Assembly: GCF_006345805.1 (NCBI RefSeq)
Contig: NC_043008.1
Coordinates: 37,262,001-37,326,000 of the forward strand
Direction of reading: 5' to 3'
Source: Octopus sinensis
Lineage: Eukaryota
Length of the DNA stretch: 64,000 bases
Shown: positions 52,443 to 64,000 of the stretch, piece after piece
Layout of the letters: every line of letters begins with the position of its first letter
Numbering within the stretch: position 1 is the first letter of the stretch
Notes under the pieces: generated by a model
The model's input: only the letters and a program-made list of their open reading frames with translations
The model's database searches: none
What the model was told of the DNA's origin: nothing
Position numbers and translations under genes: made by a program

Positions 52443-52765
52443 GAAGGTGCATGGCTTAGTGGTTAGGGCATTTGGCTCATGATTGTAAGGTCATGAGTTC
52501 AATTCCCAGCGACACATTGTGTTCTTGAGCAAGACACTTTATTTCACATTGCTCCAGTCCACTGAGCTGGCAAAAATGAGTAGTACCTGTATTTCAAAGG
52601 GCCAACCTTGTCACATTCTGTGTCACACTGAATCTCCCTGAGAACTACATTAAGAGTACACGTGTCTGTGGAGTGCTCAGCCACTTGCATGTTAATTTCA
52701 TGAGCAAGCTGTTCCATTGATCGTATCAGCCGGGACCCTAGTTGTCGTAACCGACGGAGTGCTCC
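52443..52765 (+). mobile_element. SINE family 3, long variant
   Basis: Colinear with 42648-42978. Confidence 0.9.
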
Positions 52766-52786
52766 CCCGTTATATACATACATATA

Positions 52787-53270
52787 CAGAGTGTTTGGGC
52801 TAAATTTGAGGATTTTTGATGTTTCCTTTTTATCAGGAACATCTTGATGTGTTGGTGAACAGTCAACGGCATTGGAGAGCATGAAGATAAAAGTTGTAGC
52901 TGAGAAAAAGTTAGGTGATATGGTAGACTAGAGGCCATCTGAATATTGGAAGAGAATTACCTGTATCATGTTGATTCATGCCAGGTATTAAAAGGCTTAC
53001 ACCATGACTACTGCCCAGTGCTCTGTGAATACTGTAAAGGCTGTAAGACCTGACTTGGACAGCTGCAATGGAAATGACAAAGCTGTGGTCAGCAGGAAGG
53101 GACACAGCAGGTTTTCTGACTGCATCTGCATACCTGAATTTGTCCCCACATCTTTGAATAAGGTCCAGTTTGGATGGGTATCTGAAGCTTTTGGATACTG
53201 TGCTCAACCCTGGTCAGAGAGGACTGCTGCTGGAAGGCCGTATGCATGGCTGTAGGATTCAGCTCCTTAC
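52787..53270 (+). mobile_element. Internally deleted maT/DD37D-like transposon fragment
   Basis: TA|CAGAGTGTTTGGGCTAAA TIR-like start; LLDTVLNPWSERTAAGRPYAWL*DSAP. Confidence 0.65.
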
Positions 53271-53850
53271 AATACTTCTAGAAAGTTCTCAAGCGTAAGT
53301 TCATGTGGAACCCCAATTCCTTCTTTACATGTTTTCCCAATTTGCTTGAGATGTTTGTGGATAGTTGAATATGACATGAATTTTTTTTACCAAATCTCTG
53401 GTGCTTTGATGTGGATCCTATACAATAATCTCATTCAAAAGGTTGTCATTCAGAGTGGGTCATCTTCCAGAGCAAAGCTTTTCAGATATGTTACAATCAC
53501 CATTGAAGTGCAAGCTTTCACTGCATCTGGATACACTTTGCAAATGCTTTTCATTGCTTCTATAGTGGTAATTTTCTTTCAAAACTCATACAGCAAGCAA
53601 TGGTTAATATATAATTTCATAAAGTTCTTATCCTTCATGGAGTTAATTACTGAAATAACTATGAAAGACACACTACTGGATAGAAAAGATAGTATACTAT
53701 TTCTGGACAGTTCCCACCCACTTGACCTTGGCTCTGATGTGATTGGATGATTCATATTTCATAGCGGTTAAAAAATGTAATTACTTTCCGAACACCTCAT
53801 CACTACATCTGTTCCTCCACATTGATATAAGCTGGATGGCTTATATCCAA
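53270..53850 (-). mobile_element. Mariner 5' relic
   Basis: Minus strand SICKVYPDAV, SGR*PTLNDNLL and IHKHLKQIGKTCKEGI.VPHEL. Confidence 0.7.
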
Positions 53851-54224
53851 TACAATGTTGTTCAGAATTAATACTCTCCTAGTTAGAGTGGGGACCATGT
53901 TTTGCTTCACATTCCATTTGTTGGTAGAACTTGTATGACTGGATACCTTTCTTATCAATAACCATTTAAAGTCTAATCTGGGTGCATTTTATCATGGAAT
54001 CATCAAAAGAGAGATTGTTTTGTCTTTGACTAGGCTTAAGAGTTTCATTTATTTTAAGTGGCCTCTCTCTTCATTCAGTCACTGCCATCAAGAAATACTA
54101 AAGTGAGCTGTCACTTTTCTGTATTGTCACTCTTTAGTCTTTCCTTTCTTTCCTCACCTCATTGGACAGGCAGAGAATTAAGAAGAAGAGAAGTTGATAG
54201 AATATAACAGAACAGAACAGTAGA

Positions 54225-54690
54225 GCGGCTAACTAGCTTCCATGCCAGTGGCACATAAAAGGCACCATTTGAGTGTGATCGTTACCAGCGTCGCCTTACT
54301 TGATCCCCGTGCTAGTAGGGTGCTAAGAGCACCATCTGAGTGTGATAGTTGCCAGAGCAGCTAACTGGCTGGTGGCATGTGAAAGGCACCATTCAAGCGT
54401 GATCGTTACCAGCATCACCTTATTAGCACCTGTACCAGTGGCCTGTGTAAAAAGGTTCGAGCGAGATCATTGTCAGTACCGCCTGACTGGCCCTCGTGCT
54501 GGTGGCACGTAACAGCACCCACTACACTCTCAGAGTGGTTGACGTTAGGAAGGGCATCCAGCTGTAGAAACCCTGCCAGATCAAGATTGGAGTCTGGTGC
54601 AGCCATCTGGTTCGCCAGACCTCAGTCAAATCCTCCAACCCATGCTAGCTTGGAAAGCGGATGTTAAACGATAATGATGATAATGATTGC
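54225..54690 (+). mobile_element. RTE-tail element with internal tandem units of about 55-60 bp
   Basis: Repeated GGCAC.TAAAA.GCACCATT..GATCGTTACCAGC units, then the GTGGTTGACGTTAGGAAGGGCATCCAGCTGTAGAAAC..GATGTTAAACGAT tail. Confidence 0.85.
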
Positions 54691-55054
54691 ACACAGTGCT
54701 CAGGTGTATTACAGCTGAATGGAAAAGAGTAAAAGAGAAAAACAGAAAGCAGCAATAAGTCAAGTAAAGAAGACTGCAAAGATTTCCCAGAAAGTTCTGT
54801 ACAGTACACAAGCTCCTTCACAACAAGGCTAGAAAGGGATCAGCAAAAGATCCATAAAGAGGAAAGGGTGCATAAACATGCTAGAAATAGTGCTGAATTT
54901 TAAGAAGTTTAGAACTTCTGAAGAATGCAGTGTCATGACATCTAACAACTGACATGGGTAGTTTATTCCATGCTTTGACAATTCTGAACAAGTCAAATGT
55001 TTCAGAGAATCATGGATTCAGCTCTGTTTTTATTTTTTATTTTGTGAGCAAGTC

Positions 55055-55270
55055 TTAAGCTGGTAGAATCATTAGCATATTGATAAACACGCTTAGTGTT
55101 ATTTCATTTGTCTTGACGTTCTGAGTTCAAATTCTGCTTGGGTTGGCTTTGCTTCTCATCCTTTTGGAGGGTTGATAAAATAAGTACCAGTTAAGTACTG
55201 AGGTCAATGAAACCAATTTCAACTCCCCTCCAACCAAATTTCAGGCTTTGTGCTTGTAGAAAAATGGATT
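55055..55270 (+). mobile_element. SINE family 2
   Basis: Family consensus. Confidence 0.75.
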
Positions 55271-55636
55271 TTATAAGCAAGTCCATGGTCAGTAAAGATT
55301 TTGAATTTGAAATGATAACCAAAGTTATTATTGGAAAGATGGTGGATAATCTTGTGAGTTTCTAGCAAGTGAGAGAGAGAGATAGAGAGAGAAAGAAAGA
55401 GAGAGAAACCATTACTTGATGGTAAGGAGATTGAATAGAAACAATGTGATCAAGAGAGATTTATATGCAAATATTAAACATCCAGACTTAACTGGCACAT
55501 CCAACAATTTTGTGTTTGACCAAAAATTGGAAGATGGTGCAATGGAGGAAGAGAGAGTAATAGAAAAGGCAGGACTGGAACAGAGAGAGAGAGAGGGAGA
55601 GTAATAGGAGAGAATGGCAGGAATGGAACACAGAGG

Positions 55637-55855
55637 CGGCGAGCTGGCAGAAACGTTAGCACGCTGGGTGAAATGTGTAGCCATATTTCGTTTGCTGTTA
55701 CGTTCTGAGTTCAAATTCCATCGAGGTTGACTTTGCCTTTCATTCTTTCAGGGTCGATAAATTAATTATCAGTTACGCACTGGGGTCGATGTAATCGACT
55801 TAAACCCTTGTTTGTCCTGTCTATGTTTAGCCCCTTGTGGGCAATAAAGAAATAA
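55637..55855 (+). mobile_element. SINE family 2
   Basis: GGCGGCGAGCTGGCAGAAACGTTAGCACG..GCCCCTTGTGGGCAATAAAGAAATAAG. Confidence 0.9.
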
Positions 55856-56639
55856 GGAATGGAACAGAGAGGGAGAGAGTAATAGGAGAGAAAGGCAGGA
55901 ATGAAACTAAGAGAGAGAGAGAGAGAAAAAGGAGAGAAAGAGAGAGAGAGAAAGAGAGAGAGTAAAAGGAGAAAAGAGAGAGAGAGAAAGAGAGAGAGTA
56001 AAAGGAGAGAAAGAGAGAGAGTAAAAGGAGAGAAATAGAGAGAGAGAAAGAGAGAGAGAGAGAGAGTGTGTGTATGTGTGTGTGAATGAGAGAAAGGATG
56101 TAGGAGAGAGATAAATAGATATGGAAAGCAAATGGACGGGATGATACGGTGGAGATAGAATGCAGACAGATTGAATGTAATGTCTTGCTATACTGGCACC
56201 ATTTTGGGAGAGAAATAAAGTGATGAAAGGGAGAGACAAAGGGAGAGAGAAAGTTAGGGAAGTGCTAGATGAAAGAATAACAAAGAGACTGAGAATGGCA
56301 GATAGAAATAAATATGGTTGGTAGCATCGAAACTGAACATGAACATAAAAGGCAAAAGGAACCTGAAGACATACATCACACATTTTCACATCCACCAGAG
56401 CTACTATCATCATTTCTTAAACGTTCTATTTTCCCATCCTTGTGGGTATTCTCAAACACAGAATTTCATCACTTGTAAGTCATTTGTCATCTCCTTGAGG
56501 TTCAGCCTCTTGATATGAAATTTCACCATTTCTTCCCATATTTTCCTTGTTCTCCCTTTTCTATTGGTTCCATCCTTTTAGAGTGTTTGGTATTTATATA
56601 ACTAACATCCTCTCACTCTCTTTCTCTGTCTGTCTGTCT

Positions 56640-56672
56640 CAGATAAATGAATAGATAGATAGATAGATAGAT

Positions 56673-56717
<45 letters not shown>

Positions 56718-56732
56718 GTAGATAGATAGATT

Positions 56733-56813
<81 letters not shown>

Positions 56814-56893
56814 GTAGGTAGATAGATGGATGGATAGACAGACAGATAACTAGATAGATATGTTTCTTTATAAGCCACACAGGGATAGATAGG

Positions 56894-56961
<68 letters not shown>

Positions 56962-56967
56962 CAGACT

Positions 56968-57000
<33 letters not shown>

Positions 57001-57019
57001 ATAGATAGATAGATAGATG

Positions 57020-57092
<73 letters not shown>
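56640..57092. repeat. (GATA)n/(GACA)n microsatellite
   Basis: Direct reading. Confidence 0.97.
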
Positions 57093-57315
57093 TTCTGAGT
57101 TCAAATTCCTCCAGGGTTGACTTTCCTTTTCATCCTTTTGGGGATTGATAAAATAAATACCAGTTAAGTACTGAGGTCAATGAAATCAATTATCGACCTC
57201 TCTGTCTATCTAGCTGTGTGTCTGTCTCTCCATGCTTACACATATATGTAGATATATTTATACATACATTTACATATGCATACATATGAACATACATCTA
57301 TATATATATAAATAT

Positions 57316-57452
57316 ATTAATTTATTATATAGAAGGAGCTTCTACAGGACTAGAACTGTTTCATTCAAGAGAAATCTTCAGTGCTTCCTGAAGATTTTCT
57401 TGAATGAAACAGTTCTAGTCCTGTAGAAGCTCCTTCTATATAATAAATTAAT
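57316..57452. other. Near-perfect 137-bp hairpin (66/65-bp arms, 6-nt loop)
   Basis: Arms differ by a single-base indel; loop TGCTTC at 57382-57387. Confidence 0.95.
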
Positions 57453-57555
57453 TTTACTCTGCTATGTATTGATACCTTATTTACTGTGGTTAACCCCGGA
57501 TCAACCCGGGACCTACATATATATAAATATATATATATACATATATATAATAATG

Positions 57556-57600
<45 letters not shown>

Positions 57601-57729
57601 CAATAATAATAGGGAGTATAACTCCAAACTTACAGGGAAAGATTCAATTTAGTATTAAATCAAATTTCACAGCATCAGCATGGCCGCAGCTCTGAGCTGA
57701 AACAAGCGAAAAAAAATATATATATATAT

Positions 57730-58329
57730 AAATTAGAGAAAAACCACTATTATGTAATTCAAACAAATCATAAAGAAACAATAAAATCTCTCTATATATA
57801 AACGGCGTTCAGTTGGTCGTGTGTGTTTCTGTGTGTCTGTTAGGTTGTACCCTCACCCTGACCACGGCTTTCAACCGATTCTGATGAAAATTGACACACA
57901 ATAGCCCAATGTCATAATTCCAAACTAACGCAGCGAAAATTTTGAAAAGTTCCCCCAGTTCTGAAAAAAATCGATAAATTCGACATGGGGTCGAGAATCA
58001 GAAACACAAACCACAGACTGTCTAGGGGACGCAACTCGACCTTTTTAACTCTCAAAAAAAATTTACCATTTTTTTTTTCCATTTTTTTTGCTATTTTTTG
58101 GCTATAACTCTCTAAAAATGCTTTATAGTTATTTCCCTTACAAACCCGAGCAACGCCGGGCGATACTGCTAGTATATTATAAAATATATAACTAGATCAC
58201 AAAAAATACAAAAAATGAATAAACAATATATAAGTAAAAAGACTATGTGAGATCTAGTTATATATTTTATAATATATTTTATTTTTTCTTTATGATTTGT
58301 TTGAATTACATAATAGTGGTTTTTCCCTA

Positions 58330-58333
<4 letters not shown>
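57730..58333. mobile_element. Fold-back element in (TA)n, interrupted by a Helitron
   Basis: Left arm 57730-57786 plus 58173-58198 pairs with right arm about 58251-58333. Confidence 0.85.
57787..58172 (+). mobile_element. Non-autonomous Helitron
   Basis: 5' TC, subterminal hairpin CCCGAGCAACGCCGGG, 3' CTAG; inserted between A and T with no TSD. Confidence 0.9.
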
Positions 58334-58366
<33 letters not shown>

Positions 58367-58710
58367 AGATGCAGGCATGGAAGTATAGTTAGGAAGTTCC
58401 AAATCATCTGTTTGCAGGTTCAGTTCCAATGTACATGTGCGTGTGTTTTGACACGTACATTGTTTTGACTTTGCAAGCTAGCTGTAAACAGGTGTCACTG
58501 TCATACAAGCAATGTTGTTCCTTTCCACTCTTCTATGAAAACATGTCTGGTCATGAGAAAACCTGACCTTGCTTGGAAACAGGAGGGGGTTGGCAACAGA
58601 AATGATGGCAAAAGAGTATCATGTCAATGCATATGAATTCCATCTGACCCAGGCAAAGATAAAAAATTTGGATGTTAAAATGATGATATTGATGACAATG
58701 ATGATGATAA

Positions 58711-58741
<31 letters not shown>

Positions 58742-58744
58742 CTC

Positions 58745-59127
58745 TCTTCACTCTTTTACTTGTTTCAGTCATGCTGGAGCACCACCTTTAGTTGAGCAAA
58801 TCGACCACAGGACTTATTCTTTGTAAGCCTGGTACTTATTCTATCGGTCTCTTTTTGCCGAACCACTAAGTTACAGGGACATAAACACACCAGCATCAGT
58901 TGTCAAGCGATGTTGGGAACAAACACAGACACACAAACACACACACACATATATACATATACATATATATGACAGGCTTCTTTCAGTTTCCGTCTACCAA
59001 ATCCACTCACAAAGCTCTGGTCAGCCCGAGGCTATAATAGAAGACACTTGCCTGAGGTGCCACACAGTGTGACTGAACCCGGAACCATGTGGCTGATAAG
59101 CAAGCTATTTATCACACAGCCACTCCT
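58745..59127 (-). mobile_element. SINE family 1
   Basis: Family consensus. Confidence 0.9.
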
Positions 59128-59294
59128 GGGCTGTATACATTTATATATTAAAGCTGAATATTTGTCATTTGTCTGTATATTTGAAATTTAATAAAACTGA
59201 ACAAATAGATATGACTTGAAACCTACAGGCAGATATTATTAGGGATTTTCAGCATGCTATATTATTACTATAGTTTATTTGGTCCCTAACTGAA

Positions 59295-59525
59295 CATTTG
59301 GTCATATTATGCGGAGAAAATCCCTGGAGAAGGACATCATGCTCTGAATGGTCAGTGGCAAGAGAGCAAGAGGCCGACCAAGAACCCGCTGGCTTGACAC
59401 CATCAAGAGTGATACCGGAATGGACATAGCCAATCTGAAAGAAGCGGCCCAGGATAGAACTGACTGGAGGACACTGATCCAATGAGTGACCGAGAGTCGA
59501 CTTCGACTGAGCGGATAGAGAGAGA
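59295..59525 (+). mobile_element. RTE (BovB-like) LINE 3' end
   Basis: GHIMRRKSLEKDIML*..RGRPRTRWLDTIK..AAQDRTDWR..VTESRLRLSG*. Confidence 0.85.
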
Positions 59526-59659
59526 ACTGAACATTTGGCAGTGTCATGTTTTGTACATGTGTAGTGCATTAATGACACAACGAAAATTTTCCGATTAAGA
59601 CCAAGTCCTCCAACTGCCTTGCCATTTTTGTGCAGCCTGCTCATGATTTTGTCCACACC

Positions 59660-59885
59660 AACCAATCGTGACCGTTGCCAGCCTCCCCTGGCACCTGTGT
59701 CGGTAGCACGTAAAAAGCACCCACTACACTCATGGAGTGGTTGGCGTTAGGAAGGGTTATCCAGCTGTAGAAACACTGCCAGATCAAACTGGAGCCTGGT
59801 GCAGCCTCCTGGCTTCCCAGACCCCGGGTCGAACCATCCAACCCATGCTAGCATGGAAAACGGACGTTAAACGATGTTGATGATG
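59660..59885 (+). mobile_element. RTE-tail SINE
   Basis: Near-consensus GTGGTTGGCGTTAGGAAGGG..GGAAAACGGACGTTAAACGATG. Confidence 0.88.
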
Positions 59886-60001
59886 ATGATGATGACGGTG
59901 TTGATGATAATGATGATGATGACGATGATGATGATGATGACGACGATGATGATGACGAGGACGATGATGATGATGATGACGATGATGATGATGATGGTGA
60001 C

Positions 60002-60042
<41 letters not shown>

Positions 60043-60300
60043 GGATGATGATGATCATTCTGTTCTTTGTCTGCCTCTTTTGATCTCCCACCCTCTACTC
60101 TTCCTTCCATGATAATATTTTCCAAACTTCTGCTTCTTCAAATGTAATCATAATAGATGAGCTTTTGTTTTTTTCCCCAATGTTCAAGAGTTGTCACCTT
60201 TCATCTACTTGTCATAACAACCCGTTTATTCATCCAATAATTCATGTAAGAGACTTGTAACATTCTCCTATACACCCACATTTCAAATGCATTCAGAATA
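59870..60300 (-). mobile_element. (GAT)n tract plus RTE 3' coding fragment
   Basis: Minus strand ILNAFEMWVYRRML..LENIIMEGRVEGGRS. Confidence 0.7.
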
Positions 60301-61384
60301 AATGAACATTATAATCATCATTTCATTTTCAGTTAAGTATTTGTTTTTTCTCATAAAACACAGAGAAGTTTTTGTTTAAAATATCATTTTTTTTTTATTT
60401 GATGGGAATCAAGTGATCAGTCATGATATCAGGATATCAAATACTATAAATGTGTTTATTATGTATCCATAATTATATATTTTATTTTAATGTATATCAG
60501 ATTAATTTCTGCGCTTCAAGGGAAAGCTAAAAATGTACATTAGTCATTGTGTATTGTCATTTTTTTCTGTCACTGTACATTTGAATCTACTTTAAACTAG
60601 TTAATATTTCAAACAATAAATATGTTTACAACCACTTAATTAAAGCTTAAATGGACATCAAACAGAAGAGGATAAACATGAAATAACTATTTGATTCTTT
60701 TAGATTACAACTAATTCAAAATATTCAAATTTTGTGGATCATCCATTATATGAAGAAATTTGATTTTGTAAATCAAACAGAATAAGTCTAAGTTCTGTTT
60801 GAGCTTTTGTTTTGTTTTGTTTTTCAGAATATTCAAAATGAATCAATACAGCCATTGTTAAAGTCATATCGACATCATTGTCATCATCATCATCATTATC
60901 ACCATCATCATAGTCTTAACCCTTCGCATTTGCTGTGAATCACATGTCAAATACAGAACATATTTCTCTGTCATCTATGCATCCTTTATAATACACATTC
61001 CTGGTTTTTTTCCAACCACCAGAGTAACTTGAAACTTATGAAAGGAAAACTTTAATATTACTCAGAACATATGAAGCAAAGGTTAACTAAAAGTCTGAAG
61101 ACAAGCATGGATATTTAGGACATTTAGGACAAACTAATGAAAATGAGAGTCAAGACTATTTAAAAGGTTGAAAGATGCAACGAAAGTTTTTTTGGAAAAT
61201 AAAAATAAGAAATAAGTGGAAATTTTACCAGTGAGTGTGTTAAAGAATTACATTTGAAGAAGCAGGAGTTTGGAAAATGTTATCATGGAAGGATAGTTGA
61301 GAGTAGTAGATCTAAAGAGGCAGACAAAGAACAGAATCCTCATCCTCATCCTCATCCTCATCATCATCATCATCGTCATCATCG

Positions 61385-61428
<44 letters not shown>

Positions 61429-62357
61429 GTCATCATCATCATCGTCGTCGTCGTCATCATCGTCATCATCATCATCATCGTCGTCGTCGTCGTCATCATC
61501 ATCATCATCATCATTATAAGGCACAAAAAGAAAATGACTCTCCCCAGAAAATGCTTTGGACAGCAAAGCATTAATATCTATTTTTTCCTTGAAAGAATGT
61601 TGGGGCAGAGTTTTTCTGTAGCCAGATGTACTTCCTGTAACTGACTCTCTCCTAGGAAATAATCTCTTGGTCTATTTCAACAGCAAATTGCCAAGACTTG
61701 CTTTCACAGTGGATTGCAAACACATGACACCAATAAGAAGCCATTGTTTAAAAACCAGTGAAGGAAATGTGAACTCACTTACACACACATACACACACAC
61801 ACACACACATGCACATATGATGGACTTCGTTTGGTTTCTGTCTATGAAATTAATTCACAAGGATTTGGTTGGTCGGGGACTATTTTAGAAAACTCATGAA
61901 TGAACCCCAGACCATATAATTAGGGAGAAAACTTCTTGACCACACAGCCATGTCTGTGCCTATACTTGAAATGGAATTGTCTGGTCATGCCTTTTCAAAA
62001 GTGTTAGTAATGTAAGGTGGAGGGTGATGTCATGGGAGGTGAGATAACCTAAATTGAAATCTTCTGTCAAAATTTCAAGTTAATTTAATTTTCAAGAACC
62101 TGATTAATAATGGCAGTGTTCTTTTACTAAATTATTCATTATTTTCAAAATTAATTAAAACAAAGTCCATTTCAACAGAACTATGATGACAAAAGGGCTA
62201 ACATAGCTTGCTCAGAGTGGCCAGTGGCATGTGGAGGAAGGCTACAGATAAATACATATAAAATGAATTCTTGATTTATGAAAACTATCTCTGCCTCTAA
62301 GGGGTGTGTAACAATTACTAAATGGTAACTGAGAGCAGCTACATGTGAGAAGGGGAC

Positions 62358-62394
<37 letters not shown>

Positions 62395-62433
62395 TCAATG
62401 TATCTTATATCCAAAAAGAAGCACTCTCTAAAG

Positions 62434-62541
62434 CAGCGTTTCTCAACCAGGGTTCTCTGAATAGGTTCCTAGGGGTTCTGCAAGAAAGAGTGAGATAAGC
62501 TAATGCTAATTTCAATATATATTTAATATATGATGATGATC

Positions 62542-62632
<91 letters not shown>

Positions 62633-62799
62633 ATATATTAAATATATATATATATATATATATGTATGTATTTACCACATGAACTATGGTGACAAAAATA
62701 TAAAAAAGATATGGTAAACAATTTTTGGGGGCAGGGGTTCCTTGAGATATGTAATTTATTCGAAGGGTTATGCAAGGGCAAAAAGGTTGAGAAACACTG
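62434..62799. mobile_element. hAT (Charlie-like) MITE containing a (TA)n array
   Basis: TIRs CAGCGTTTCTCAACC and GGTTGAGAAACACTG; 8-bp flanks CTCTAAAG and CTCTAAAA. Confidence 0.85.
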
Positions 62800-62888
62800 C
62801 TCTAAAACAGAGTAATAATGTATTTATATGCAGTTAAATATATGTCCATCATAGCGTGATCCATAAAAGCCTTGGCCCATTGACAGGG

Positions 62889-62935
<47 letters not shown>

Positions 62936-63169
62936 CATCATCATCACCGTTTAACATCTATCTTCTATACTGGCATGGTCTGGATAGTTTGCAAGAGCCA
63001 GCCAGACATTGATCCTTTCTTTCCAATAATATTTGAATCAGTATAAAAAATATTTTCATTGCAATGTTTTGTGGTGTTTTTGCAGCTCTGTTCTTCCTCT
63101 GCAACTTTTGTTTATCATTTTTGAAATTTGAATAAGCTTTACCTTCTTTCAGACATATGACAATTGAGG

Positions 63170-64000
63170 GCCACATAGAAACAAACGAGCATTTTCAACG
63201 TCTGTTTCTTCTTTTAGCTTTCATTTAAGGTTCCAAACCTGCCAAAACCACTTGAGACATTTGTGCTGTGTATAGAGAAGGTACTATTGCTAAAAGAACT
63301 GCACAGAAATGTTATTCATATTTCAAGGAAGGGAAATTCAACCTCAAACTCTTAGTGTTCAGGTCGGCCTGTTCAGTTCAGTGAGGATCAATTGAATGAG
63401 TTCAATGACAAGGAACCATGCCGAACCATTTAGGAATCGATCTGGCAAAATGAATGCTCTCATGTTACCATCACCCATAACTTTTGATTGAAAGGTAAGG
63501 TTCAAAATCTCAGTGCATGAATGCTACACACTCTGAACAAAAAGAACAAGCATCAGTGCTTCTCTATGGCTGCTAAATTGCTTGTTTGGTAAGAAGCTAC
63601 TCATGGACACAAACAGAGATTTCTTCACTGCAGCATCACCTATGATGGAAAAGGAAATAGGGAAAAAATGACTGAGTCAGCAAGCAAGCAATACCTCAAC
63701 CTAAGACGTAACTACAGCCACTCAAAGCAATGATAAGTGCTTGGTAGGACTAGAAATAGCTAATCCAAAATGAAATACTTCAAAACAACTAAAGGGTTAA
63801 TGCAAAATTACACAAGCAACAAATGAACTTCTTAACAAAGCAATCCAGATGAACTATCCTGATTGGTGACAAATGTGCTTAGCCCCACATTGGTAATTTG
63901 ACCAAAAATGCTATTCAAGAGCTTGGTTAGAAAGTTTTACTGTGGCTAACATATTCTCCTGATATAGTGCCTTCTGATTATAATCATTTTTGGCTGATCT
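63170..64000 (+). mobile_element. Mariner transposase relic running off the window
   Basis: DICAVYREGTIAKRTAQK, ITYDGK and PHIGNLTKNAIQELG*..YSPDIVPSDYNHF. Confidence 0.85.

Overview
AT-rich, microsatellite-dense animal genomic DNA. The SINE, LINE and mariner repertoire is most consistent with an octopus, but this is from recall and not verified by search. Most of the window is decayed mobile DNA: several tRNA-derived SINE families; RTE, Tx1/L1, CR1/Jockey-like and Penelope-like (PLE) retroelements; mariner (DD34D) and maT (DD37D-like) relics; non-autonomous Helitrons; a hAT MITE; and several fold-back elements. No intact transposase or RT ORF is present. A set of phase-compatible candidate exons on the minus strand (best supported at 42397-42202 and 41738-41601) suggests the window is largely intronic to a gene I cannot name. 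The most notable signal is a recurring minimal type-I hammerhead ribozyme (HHR) core, CUGANGA-A-stemII-GAAAC-GUU, in several short element families. One is a head-to-head dimer of a tRNA-promoter SINE carrying the HHR, flanked by a 10-bp target-site duplication inside a mariner. A PLE carrying a degenerate version of the motif at its 3' end is also in the window. The locus also shows repeated inverted-duplication (fold-back) events. Almost all ORFs in the supplied track are microsatellite or TE artefacts. SINE and LINE boundaries are approximate (about +/-20 bp); TIR, TSD, hairpin and splice coordinates were read base by base.
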